Source: Abditibacteriaceae bacterium (GTDB lineage Bacteria; Armatimonadota; Abditibacteriia; Abditibacteriales; Abditibacteriaceae). From it: 12,885 nt of DNA. The notes below the pieces were generated by a model. It saw only the letters and a program-made list of their open reading frames with translations, did no database searches and was not told the origin of the DNA. The position numbers and the translations under genes were made by a program. Location: assembly GCA_031372065.1 (NCBI GenBank), contig JANMKN010000153.1, forward strand, positions 1 to 12,885, in the 5' to 3' direction. Positions 5,385 to 12,885 of this stretch are shown piece by piece (within the stretch, counting starts at the first letter, position 1; the number at the start of each line of letters is the position of its first letter).

Positions 5385-8300
5385 TCAATGAGCCAGTTTT
5401 TGCAGTTCCTCTTGCATAAGCGTCAGGCCCGACGGGTTCAAGCCACGTTTAACGAACTCTTGATAATCGCTCAATGCGACTTGCGCAAAGGGTTTGCCGA
5501 ACACCTTGTCTTTTGCATGGCGATGGTACACATCAAGGGCTTTATCGAGCTTGCCGTTAAACAAATAAGCGTGCGAAAGATTGACTGCAATCCACGATTG
5601 ATCGGGCGCTAAAATGAGTGCTCGCGTGGCTTCGCGCAAGGCCGCCTTAGGATTACGGAACAGCAAATCAATGTAGGCCACTTGCCCCAGTGCAACAGCC
5701 GTGCTGGAATTCAATTCGGCATCGCTGGGCCAACGCTCCTGCATCAGATCATAGCGCTCAACGGCACGCCAATAAAAGCGATGGGCCAGTTGTAAATTAT
5801 TGAGATTAAAGTGTGCGTCGCCGATTTTTACAATGCCTTCTATAAAATCGCGTTGGGCCTGTAAATTCGCTTCGTCAAGGGCCAATTGTTCGGCCAAGGG
5901 CAGGCTTTTCGCATAATATTCAAGCGCCTGTGGCAGTTGTCCTTGATTTTGATAAACGCTGCCAATGCGGTCATAGCTGAGGAACAAATTGTGCAGAGCG
6001 GCTGCCGTTTTCATGGTTTCTGAAACGGTTTTTGCGATTTTCAAACCCTCTTGCATACTGGCTAAGGCTTCTGCTGTTTTGCCTTCTTGCATGAGCAAAT
6101 CTGCCCGTTTATCATAAACGACAGCCAAATCGCCTTTCGCTTCCGGCGCGCCAGTTTTGGCAATGATAAGCGCTTTTTTCAAGGCGAATTCATAAGTTTG
6201 ACGCGCCTTGTCTTTTTGAACATTGTCCAGATAAGCGTCGCCCATTTTGACCGCACTCATCAGAAGATCGCGCTGCGCTTGCGCATCATTGCTGTTGGCA
6301 GCCCGACGCGCGCGGATTTCCCAACTTGTTTGGTAGTTTTGCAGGCTGGTTTTGTCATCTTTGAGCAAATGATTGACCTCACCGAGGTGTTCATAGCTCA
6401 CGGCAATTTCGCGCTCCACGCTGGGACGCGTTTGCAGCAATTCATTCCGCAAAGCCAGCGATTTTCCAAAGGCTTGTTTCGCTAACGGCAGTTTGTTTTC
6501 CATCTGGCGAATAATGCCAATTCTTTCATAACTGGTCGCCAAATCAGCAACCAAGTCTTTGTATTTACGATTCCTGGGGATAGCATATAACCTCTCCAGA
6601 AGGCCGTTGCCCTCCTCAACGGCGGCTTTGGCGCGGGTTAGGTTGTTGATCAATAGCCACGCGTCACCGCTTCTTACCAGATTCGTCGCTTTCAAGGTTT
6701 TGGCATCAAAAGTGTCGGGGTCAACGGACAAAATCTCATCCAGCATCTTTACGTTGTCATCCAAAATTTGCGCCAAAGCGAAATGTGTAGCAGGGATGCT
6801 GGCGAGCTTCTCCGGCACATCTATTGTCCATTTGTCCACGGCGGCCAAAGCTAACTTCTTTTGCTTTTCGGTTTTCTGCAATTGCACCCAAGTGAGCGCG
6901 CCAAAGCCCGCCACGACGATGAAAAACAGCGACACCACGCCGCTAATTAGGCCGATGCGACGGCGTTTCATGCCCCGTGCGTGGCGAGTGGAAACTTCAA
7001 TGAATTCTGCCGTGCCAGTTTCTAAATCGTCACGGCGGCGCACCAATAAATCTTCGCCTTCGAGCAAGGGGCGACCTTCGCGCAAAAGATATTCGCTGCG
7101 CCGTTTTTCTTCGTTCCAGCGCGTGGCCTGTTGCAACATTCGCGTGCGCAAACGCAAAAATTCCATGTCTTCGGCCAGCCATTGCTGCACACGCGGCCAA
7201 TGACGCAAAAGCGCTTCGTGCGCCACGCGCACAACAGATTCGTGGCCGTCTTCGGTTTCGGCCTGATCGCTGACCAGCAAACGCGCCTCGATGAATTCTT
7301 CAATTAAACGCCGCCGCGCCTCATTGGTGGCAATGCTGCTCCGTGGCACGCGGCGGGCGCCTATTTTGGCGTCGCGTTCTTCGGTGAGCGTCACTAAACT
7401 GCGTAACAAAGCGGGCAATTCGGCCTGCACTTCCAAAGGCAACGCGGTGAAAATTTCTTCAGCGCGTTTGGCTAAAGCGCCTTCGAGTCCGCCTAATTCT
7501 TGATACGCCGCAAACGTCAAAACGCCTTCGGGCGAGCGGCGCTTATAAAGTTCATCGAGCGTAAACTGCAACAGCGGCAAGGCGCCGGGGTCTTTGCCAG
7601 CGGCTTCCTGCAATTCGTCGCTCAGGCGATTGCCGGAGGTCGGGTCAATTTCAAAACGGAGGCCGGCAGCGCGGGCCGGTTGCACCAGCATTTGGCTGAA
7701 CTCGGCAAAAGTCGGCGGGAACAAGTGATATTGCCCGTCGCCTTCTTTCAAATTCATCAGCGTCGGAATCTCGGCACAACGCGCGAAAAAGTCGCTGCGC
7801 ATGGTGCAAATCACCCACATCAAACCGCTGCGCGCCAGCACCGACAGCGCGCCGACAAACTGTTCGCGCGCTTCGTTGTCCACATTTTCCAGCGTGAAAA
7901 TTTCTTCGAACTGGTCAATGACTAAAGCGAATTTTGAAACGGGTATTTGGGTGAGTTTTTCGCGCTGCGCGGTGCTTTCGGCGGCGCTTTGCAGGGCCGC
8001 TTTGAGCGGCGCCAAGGCGCGTTGCGGCGCATCGCGAAGCAAACTGGCAAGTTCTTCGGCGTTTATGCCATTTTCGTGCAATTCAGGGAGGCCCGTTGCT
8101 TCCAGCAAAGCCAAAGCGAGACCATAAAGCAAATCGCGCGCGTCGGTGGGCCGCATAATGCCGTGACGCCACACGCCGATGCCTTCGATAATGCCCGGAT
8201 GCGTAATTGTCGGCAAAACTCCGGCGCGCGCCAGCGACGATTTGCCGCTGCCGCTCATGCCGAAAATCATCAGAAACGCGCGGTTTTGCGCGGCCTGCGT

Positions 8301-9911
8301 GACCAGCATATTTTTGATTTCGCCAATGGCGCGCGTGCGCCCGAAAAAGACCGGCGCGTGTTCGTAATCGAACGATTCCAAGCCGCGAAAGGGCGAGCCT
8401 TTGTGCCAGCGCACCGACACCGCCGCTTCGCCCGCTTCGGTGACGTGATGCGGCAAGCGTTCACGAATCAAGCGGCGGAGGTGATTTTCCAGCAGGCTTT
8501 CAAATTCATCGGGCGAGGGAAATTGATGAAACGCCGCTTTGAAACTTTCCTGAGGATTGCCAAACCAGCGGTCAATAAACGTATCGAGAGCGCGTTTTTG
8601 CGCGAGTTTTTCTAAAAGCGCGTCTTCATTGCTCATGCTGACGTGCGGCTCGGCGGATTTGCGATAAACAATCAGGTCGGGCGTGCCGCGCTCTTTGTAA
8701 GCGGCTAAAGCGTCTTCAAATTCCCATTCGGTGCCCGAATCGTAGGACGAGCCGTCGGCGCGCTTGTATTGGTCGGGCAAGCGCGTGCCGAGGCGCGACC
8801 ATAAAATGCAAATTACGATGTCTGAAGTCGAAGGCGCGACAATCTGATCTTGAAAATGACTGGTAGCGCGCAACGGTTCATGTTCCCAGAGAATCGGTTC
8901 CAGTTCGAGAAACGCTGAAAACTCGCGGTGCAAGCGTTCGATCACGCGTTGCGCGACAAGGCGCTCCTGGCCCACATCGCCGGGCGAAGAGACAAAAATA
9001 CGCAGTTTGCGCGCGATTTTGTCGCCTTGTTCGTTATTTTGCGTGGCCGCGTCGCCAATTTCGGCGGCGGATAACGGTTCTTCGTCCGGCGCTTCGATTT
9101 CGTCTTCGTCCGAAGTTCCATCTTCATCGCCCGCATCCAAATCCATCACGTTCAAATGGTGATCGGCGGTTTCGTCAATGATTTCCAAAGTGCGATGCGA
9201 GGAAGAATGTGTTATTGAATGAGTCTCGTGATGAGTATCTTGCAGCGTGGACGATGAACCATGTCCATTGCTGGAAAAAGCTTCTTTGACAACCGACACT
9301 GCGGTTGTTTCAATTGTGACTTCGGTAGCGACAACGGTTGTCGTTTCAACAGGGAGTTCAACGTTTTTTTCAGCGGCGGCAACGGCAGATTCGGCGACTT
9401 CAACGACAACTTCGACAGCGGGTTCAGCGGGGATTTCTTCAGTGGGGATTACTTCAGCGACGACTTGGTTATCGGCCTCTTCCGTGGCAGAGAGGAGGCG
9501 CGATAAGCCGTCGCAAGATTCCATGATCGTGTCTTCCTGCACATTGCGCAGGCAACGCCATTCACGGTATTCATCGGGCGATGCCGGTTTTTGATGCGTT
9601 AGCTCATCGAAGCCGCCCAAAAGGGCGCCTAATTCGTTGAGATGGCGCACCACGCGCAAGGCGCGACGCGACGGGCAACTTTCGGGTGCAAAAGACAGCA
9701 AACTGCCTTGCCCGAAGTTCGCCAGCGCCGAACCGTATTTTTCCTGAAGACTCTGGAGAGCCTGCTCCAACGCCGAATGGGCCTCGGCGCGCTCGTGGAG
9801 TTTCGCGGCGCCTAATTGCTCAAGAGCAACTAAGAACTCTGCGTAACTATCCCATTCGGGCGCGTCGGGGGGCAATTCTTCGAGTTGGGCAAGCCAATTT
9901 TGCCACTTCAC
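5385..9911 (-). CDS. Multidomain STAND NTPase: unknown N-terminal helical domain, DUF4062/TIR-like domain, nSTAND1-type ATPase, TM helix, TPR repeats
   Basis: GTG start with SD GGAGGGG. DUF4062-like segment RIFVSSPGDVGQER...SDIVICILWSRLGT...SGTEWEF (about 9008-8650). PFRGLESF..FFGR pre-P-loop motif; Walker A GMSGSGKSS (about 8261-8235); Walker B ALVIDQFEE (about 7930-7900); GALPLLQFTL and AHEALLRHWP motifs. KRRR then a hydrophobic helix (6956-6885). Repeated (D/E)(L/I)AxxY-type TPR units to the C-terminus. Confidence 0.9.
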   Translation of the reverse strand: MKWQNWLAQLEELPPDAPEWDSYAEFLVALEQLGAAKLHERAEAHSALEQALQSLQEKYGSALANFGQGSLLSFAPESCPSRRALRVVRHLNELGALLGGFDELTHQKPASPDEYREWRCLRNVQEDTIMESCDGLSRLLSATEEADNQVVAEVIPTEEIPAEPAVEVVVEVAESAVAAAEKNVELPVETTTVVATEVTIETTAVSVVKEAFSSNGHGSSSTLQDTHHETHSITHSSSHRTLEIIDETADHHLNVMDLDAGDEDGTSDEDEIEAPDEEPLSAAEIGDAATQNNEQGDKIARKLRIFVSSPGDVGQERLVAQRVIERLHREFSAFLELEPILWEHEPLRATSHFQDQIVAPSTSDIVICILWSRLGTRLPDQYKRADGSSYDSGTEWEFEDALAAYKERGTPDLIVYRKSAEPHVSMSNEDALLEKLAQKRALDTFIDRWFGNPQESFKAAFHQFPSPDEFESLLENHLRRLIRERLPHHVTEAGEAAVSVRWHKGSPFRGLESFDYEHAPVFFGRTRAIGEIKNMLVTQAAQNRAFLMIFGMSGSGKSSLARAGVLPTITHPGIIEGIGVWRHGIMRPTDARDLLYGLALALLEATGLPELHENGINAEELASLLRDAPQRALAPLKAALQSAAESTAQREKLTQIPVSKFALVIDQFEEIFTLENVDNEAREQFVGALSVLARSGLMWVICTMRSDFFARCAEIPTLMNLKEGDGQYHLFPPTFAEFSQMLVQPARAAGLRFEIDPTSGNRLSDELQEAAGKDPGALPLLQFTLDELYKRRSPEGVLTFAAYQELGGLEGALAKRAEEIFTALPLEVQAELPALLRSLVTLTEERDAKIGARRVPRSSIATNEARRRLIEEFIEARLLVSDQAETEDGHESVVRVAHEALLRHWPRVQQWLAEDMEFLRLRTRMLQQATRWNEEKRRSEYLLREGRPLLEGEDLLVRRRDDLETGTAEFIEVSTRHARGMKRRRIGLISGVVSLFFIVVAGFGALTWVQLQKTEKQKKLALAAVDKWTIDVPEKLASIPATHFALAQILDDNVKMLDEILSVDPDTFDAKTLKATNLVRSGDAWLLINNLTRAKAAVEEGNGLLERLYAIPRNRKYKDLVADLATSYERIGIIRQMENKLPLAKQAFGKSLALRNELLQTRPSVEREIAVSYEHLGEVNHLLKDDKTSLQNYQTSWEIRARRAANSNDAQAQRDLLMSAVKMGDAYLDNVQKDKARQTYEFALKKALIIAKTGAPEAKGDLAVVYDKRADLLMQEGKTAEALASMQEGLKIAKTVSETMKTAAALHNLFLSYDRIGSVYQNQGQLPQALEYYAKSLPLAEQLALDEANLQAQRDFIEGIVKIGDAHFNLNNLQLAHRFYWRAVERYDLMQERWPSDAELNSSTAVALGQVAYIDLLFRNPKAALREATRALILAPDQSWIAVNLSHAYLFNGKLDKALDVYHRHAKDKVFGKPFAQVALSDYQEFVKRGLNPSGLTLMQEELQKLAH

Positions 9912-10145
9912 AAATATCCCCTCCGCTGTTTTACTAAGGCGGTGCCGTATCTCCGGTAAAGCGGAACACGGTATGATTAGTATTGCACGCGATGAACGTT
10001 CAGGTGTCAGGTTTGTGCAACCTTTCGTTTCCCAATAGAAACATCAAGGTTCCAGCCCATCTTCAGGCACCAGGCAGCAACCCAAAGGCACTGGAACGCT
10101 CAAGCTATTTTTCTTGCATTTATCCGTTCTTCGTTGAGGACTCTG

Positions 10146-11102
10146 ATGACAATTTCACGACACACCTTCGGTCGCCGTAAAATTGCGCGGGCCAGTTGTT
10201 CGTTTCTCGCCTGCACTTTGGTAGCGACGACACTCACGGCACAGGCTGACACGACATGGGCTGACATAGTAAGTGTTTCGACGACCAGCGAACAGCCAGC
10301 CATCATTTTGATTGCTGACACGCCTGCTAACATCACATCAAACGCCCCACAAACTGCCCAAACCAATGATTTAATGCAGCGCCTTGACTTGGTGACACAG
10401 CGCTTGAAGAAATTGGAAAAATCTGCGCCGACGCCGGTTTGGCTGCTCACGCCGGGTTTGACATCCAATGTGCCCTCAGCTAACGGCGCGGGCAAAGGCA
10501 TCACGGGCGTGGGCTTTGGCTTTCAGGAACGAACACGTTTCACTAACAGACGCGATGGCACGGCGGCTTTAGTGGTTGGCTTTGGCGACCCCGAAAAAGT
10601 AGGAATTGACCTGCAAGTTTCACTGCTTAACCTTTCTTCGCCGGGAACCCGCGAAGCGTTAGGCTTCAAGTTGCATAAGCAATTGAAAAACGACTATGCC
10701 GTGGCATTTGGCGCAGAAAACCTGATTGTGCAGGGCGGCACCGACTCTGGGCGCAGTTTCTACGCGGTGGTCAGCAAGAAACTGCGCCTCAAAGAAAGCA
10801 GTCGCAAGGCCTTTAGTCGCCTGTATCTTTCCGGTGGCATTGGCAGTGGGCGTTTCCGCAGCGAAAACAATGTCATCAACGACACCGGCACACTGAACGT
10901 GTTTGGCAGTGCAGCAGTGAATTTATCGTCTTCCGTCATTGTATTTACCGAATGGACAGGGCAGGGCTTGAACCTCGGCGCGTCCATCGTGCCTTTTAAG
11001 ACAATTCCCATCGTCCTCACACCAGCTTTGGCCGACATCGGTGGGCCGGCGGGCGATGGCACACGTTTTACGTTGAGCGTTGGTTATTTGCTGCAATATT
11101 AG
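10146..11102 (+). CDS. Secreted protein, probable outer-membrane beta-barrel (start revised to ATG 10146)
   Basis: SD GAGGA at 10136-10140. Signal peptide ending TLTAQA. Many alternating hydrophobic strands (GVGFGFQ, LYLSGGIG, FTEWTG, LNLGASIVP) and C-terminal FTLSVGYLLQY with a terminal aromatic residue. From memory it resembles a conserved hypothetical family common in cyanobacteria (FQERTRFT, GGTD, FRSE, EWTGQ, AGDG-x-RF); unverified. Confidence 0.75.
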   Translation: MTISRHTFGRRKIARASCSFLACTLVATTLTAQADTTWADIVSVSTTSEQPAIILIADTPANITSNAPQTAQTNDLMQRLDLVTQRLKKLEKSAPTPVWLLTPGLTSNVPSANGAGKGITGVGFGFQERTRFTNRRDGTAALVVGFGDPEKVGIDLQVSLLNLSSPGTREALGFKLHKQLKNDYAVAFGAENLIVQGGTDSGRSFYAVVSKKLRLKESSRKAFSRLYLSGGIGSGRFRSENNVINDTGTLNVFGSAAVNLSSSVIVFTEWTGQGLNLGASIVPFKTIPIVLTPALADIGGPAGDGTRFTLSVGYLLQY

Positions 11103-11115
11103 AGGAGGATTTTTG

Positions 11116-11709
11116 ATGAACATCAACCGTTTTTTCACTTTGACAAGTGGCGTTTTGCTGGTCGGCTTGCTTTTTTCATCGCCCGCGTTGGCACAAGGCG
11201 GCGAAGGCGGTAGTTACAGTGACAGCAATTTATCCGATGTCACCGGGCCATTTTTGGGCAATGTTACGGTGCCAGTTCCCTTTGGAACCAGTTCAGTGCC
11301 GCGCGCGGTATCAGTGTGGATCGCGCTACCCGATTTGCTTACGCAAAGCCTCGTATCGCAACCTGTAAATACAAACCAGAATACCGGTCAAAGCACAAGT
11401 GCCACCGTCGCCCTCGTGAATAGCGCGCTCAACTTCAACCACAGCATGGATAAGTTGATGCCGTTTTGCGGCTGCGCTAATCCGCGTTGGCGCACTTATA
11501 ATCACACCATCAAAGCCGCCGACCAGTTGCGCGTATCATTAGGCAACGCTGTCGCCGAGCAACGTCAGATGCTCACCGCCAACCCCACGCCGGCGCAAGT
11601 GGACGCCGCTCAAAAACGCTTAAAGGCTTTGGAAGACACCACTTCAGCTTTAGAAAAAGCTACCGAAGTTCTTACAGCTTTATCCCAAGCCTTAGATAAA
11701 GCGCGCTAA
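11116..11709 (+). CDS. Secreted hypothetical protein with helical C-terminus (start revised to ATG 11116, 197 aa)
   Basis: Strong SD GAGGAGG just after the upstream stop. Sec signal MNINRFFTLTSGVLLVGLLFSSPALA. Gly/Ser/Thr-rich N-terminal part and Ala/Leu/Glu/Lys-rich amphipathic helices at the C-terminus. Confidence 0.8.
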   Translation: MNINRFFTLTSGVLLVGLLFSSPALAQGGEGGSYSDSNLSDVTGPFLGNVTVPVPFGTSSVPRAVSVWIALPDLLTQSLVSQPVNTNQNTGQSTSATVALVNSALNFNHSMDKLMPFCGCANPRWRTYNHTIKAADQLRVSLGNAVAEQRQMLTANPTPAQVDAAQKRLKALEDTTSALEKATEVLTALSQALDKAR

Positions 11710-11723
11710 CAATCACATCCCAG

Positions 11724-11771
11724 ACAAACAAAAGCGGGATGTTCCAATTGGAACATCGCGCGTTTGTTTGT
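11724..11771. terminator. Probable bidirectional intrinsic terminator between convergent genes
   Basis: 24-bp arms ACAAACAAAAGCGGGATGTTCCAA / TTGGAACATCGCGCGTTTGTTTGT, 2 mismatches, no spacer, with T-rich tails on both strands. Confidence 0.75.
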
Positions 11772-11774
11772 TTT

Positions 11775-12542
11775 TCACTGCCTTGCTGCGTTGACTGGCT
11801 CAGACAATGGCGGACTTTGGCTTTTCGTTTCCGTTGTCGCCGCAGGTTTTGGTTTAACTTGCGGCGCGTCAGTCGCCACCGAAGTGACCATCGCTTTTTC
11901 AAGGCGAGGCATCGGACGCGAGGCTTCCGGCGCGGGATCGAACTCGATATTTTTGGTCTGCCATTCTTTCAGCAACGCATCCAAATTCGGAATCTGCGTG
12001 GGAGCGGAAGGCGCATTGCCGGGTTTGGCTTCGCTGCGTTCTCCGTGTTGCACCAACACCTTGCCGCAAGGACTAAAGAACTCGGCGGCGCCTTCGATGA
12101 CTTCGAGTGTGGTTGCGCCATCGGATGCGATAGTGATAATGATTTCGGTGCCCTTGACGCGAATCATAGCCGAACGCGTGGCAATGGTCTGGCCCGATTT
12201 CAAATGCGCCGCCACGCGGCCATTTAAGGCGCGCATTAGCGTTTTATTTTTGCCCGAACCGGTGATTTCGATGGCCGAACCGCCCGACAGGGAGACTTTG
12301 GAGCCATCGGCAAATTGCAGAGACGCCGTGGAGTTGGCGCTTGTCGCTACCACATCACCCGCTTGCAAATCGCCGCGCCCGCCCATAGACGAAGTCGTCG
12401 ATACATTCTTGCGCTTGATGATTACATTGCCGGATGTCAGCATCGCCGGACGAGGCCCCGCGCTAAGGGGAACAATGTCCAGCATTGCCGCCAGAACAGT
12501 CAGGCCGAACATCGTGAAAAGAGATCGAGAAAAAGTTTTCAT
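11775..12542 (-). CDS. FecR-domain-containing secreted/periplasmic protein (start probably ATG 12542)
   Basis: Signal-like N-terminus MKTFSRSLFTMFGLTVLAAML. FecR-domain pattern LQAGDVVAT..STASLQFADGSKVSL...GRV...IATRSAMIRVKGT...TTLEVIEG. Pro/Ala/Thr-rich tail. No clear SD, so the start is uncertain. Confidence 0.82.
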   Translation of the reverse strand: MKTFSRSLFTMFGLTVLAAMLDIVPLSAGPRPAMLTSGNVIIKRKNVSTTSSMGGRGDLQAGDVVATSANSTASLQFADGSKVSLSGGSAIEITGSGKNKTLMRALNGRVAAHLKSGQTIATRSAMIRVKGTEIIITIASDGATTLEVIEGAAEFFSPCGKVLVQHGERSEAKPGNAPSAPTQIPNLDALLKEWQTKNIEFDPAPEASRPMPRLEKAMVTSVATDAPQVKPKPAATTETKSQSPPLSEPVNAARQ

Positions 12543-12674
12543 AACAGCGACTTTGCAAACCACTTTACTACGTCCTGTCAAAAGATCAAATCTGGCGGTC
12601 AACCGCTTTCATTAAATTCTAAACATCTTCTTCTTGCTCTACAACCCCTTAGGAACAGAAAAGGGAATGGCGTA

Positions 12675-12719
12675 AAAGCAAACGGAGGCAGAGAAATTTT
12701 CTCTGCCTCCGTTTGTTTG
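12675..12719 (-). terminator. Intrinsic terminator downstream of the Calx-beta gene
   Basis: Perfect 18-bp inverted repeat CAAACGGAGGCAGAGAAA (12679-12696) / TTTCTCTGCCTCCGTTTG (12698-12715). On the minus strand the stem ends ...CCGTTTGCTTTT, about 25 nt after the stop at 12741. Confidence 0.75.
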
Positions 12720-12740
12720 CGTCTTTAAGATTACGCCGGT

Positions 12741-12885
12741 TTAACCGGAAGCGTCATCGTTGAGGATGGTGCCCTGGCCTTGACCATCGCCGATGGTCGC
12801 ACCCGCAGCGTTGCTCAAGTCTACGGTGAAGGTTTCATCGGCTTCGCTGGTTGTGTCGCCTACCACCGCAATCGTAACCGTTTTG
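12741..12885 (-). CDS. C-terminus of a Calx-beta domain protein (partial; absent from ORF track)
   Basis: Manual translation from 12884: KTVTIAVVGDTTSEADETFTVDLSNAAGATIGDGQGQGTILNDDASG*. This is the typical Calx-beta D..E.DETF.V.LS...GTI.NDD signature; stop TAA at 12743-12741. Confidence 0.9.
   Translation of the reverse strand, partial: KTVTIAVVGDTTSEADETFTVDLSNAAGATIGDGQGQGTILNDDASG

Noticed and set aside
5388..9937. Alternative-frame and antisense ORFs within the STAND gene (e.g. 6559..7203, 7947..8615, 9247..9594)
   Set aside because: They overlap a 1508-aa gene with clear domain motifs and have no independent coding evidence.
10060..10110. c-di-GMP-I riboswitch-like or sigma54 promoter-like sequence
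   Set aside because: There is no GNRA-capped stem or second stem for the riboswitch, and the GG-to-GC spacings are 9 nt rather than the 10 nt sigma54 needs.
10146..10250. Tat signal (FGRRKIA) on the barrel protein
   Set aside because: It lacks the S/T-R-R-x-F-L consensus; a Sec signal with an AQA cleavage site is the simpler reading.
11764..12615. 283-aa plus-strand ORF
   Set aside because: It is the antisense mirror of the FecR-domain gene and starts inside a terminator hairpin.

Overview
Bacterial window, moderate GC, with three blocks. (1) A minus-strand operon (4881 to <1) behind a near-consensus sigma70 promoter: a DJ-1/PfpI protein, a ThDP-dependent enzyme resembling benzoylformate decarboxylase, then at least five consecutive SnoaL/NTF2-fold genes. 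The fifth runs off the left edge and is missing from the ORF track. It looks like an uncharacterised small-molecule biosynthesis or carbonyl-processing pathway. (2) A 1508-aa multidomain STAND protein: unknown helical N-terminus, acidic/His-rich linker, DUF4062/TIR-like domain, nSTAND1-type NTPase, one TM helix, then a TPR array, i.e. an NLR-like transmembrane receptor. (3) Envelope genes: a putative outer-membrane beta-barrel with a secreted helical partner (+ strand), a FecR-domain protein and the 3' end of a Calx-beta protein (- strand). Non-coding features include a heptamer-built inverted-repeat element inside the operon and two long loopless palindromes flanking the FecR-domain gene. All family calls come from motif recognition by eye; no database searches were run.
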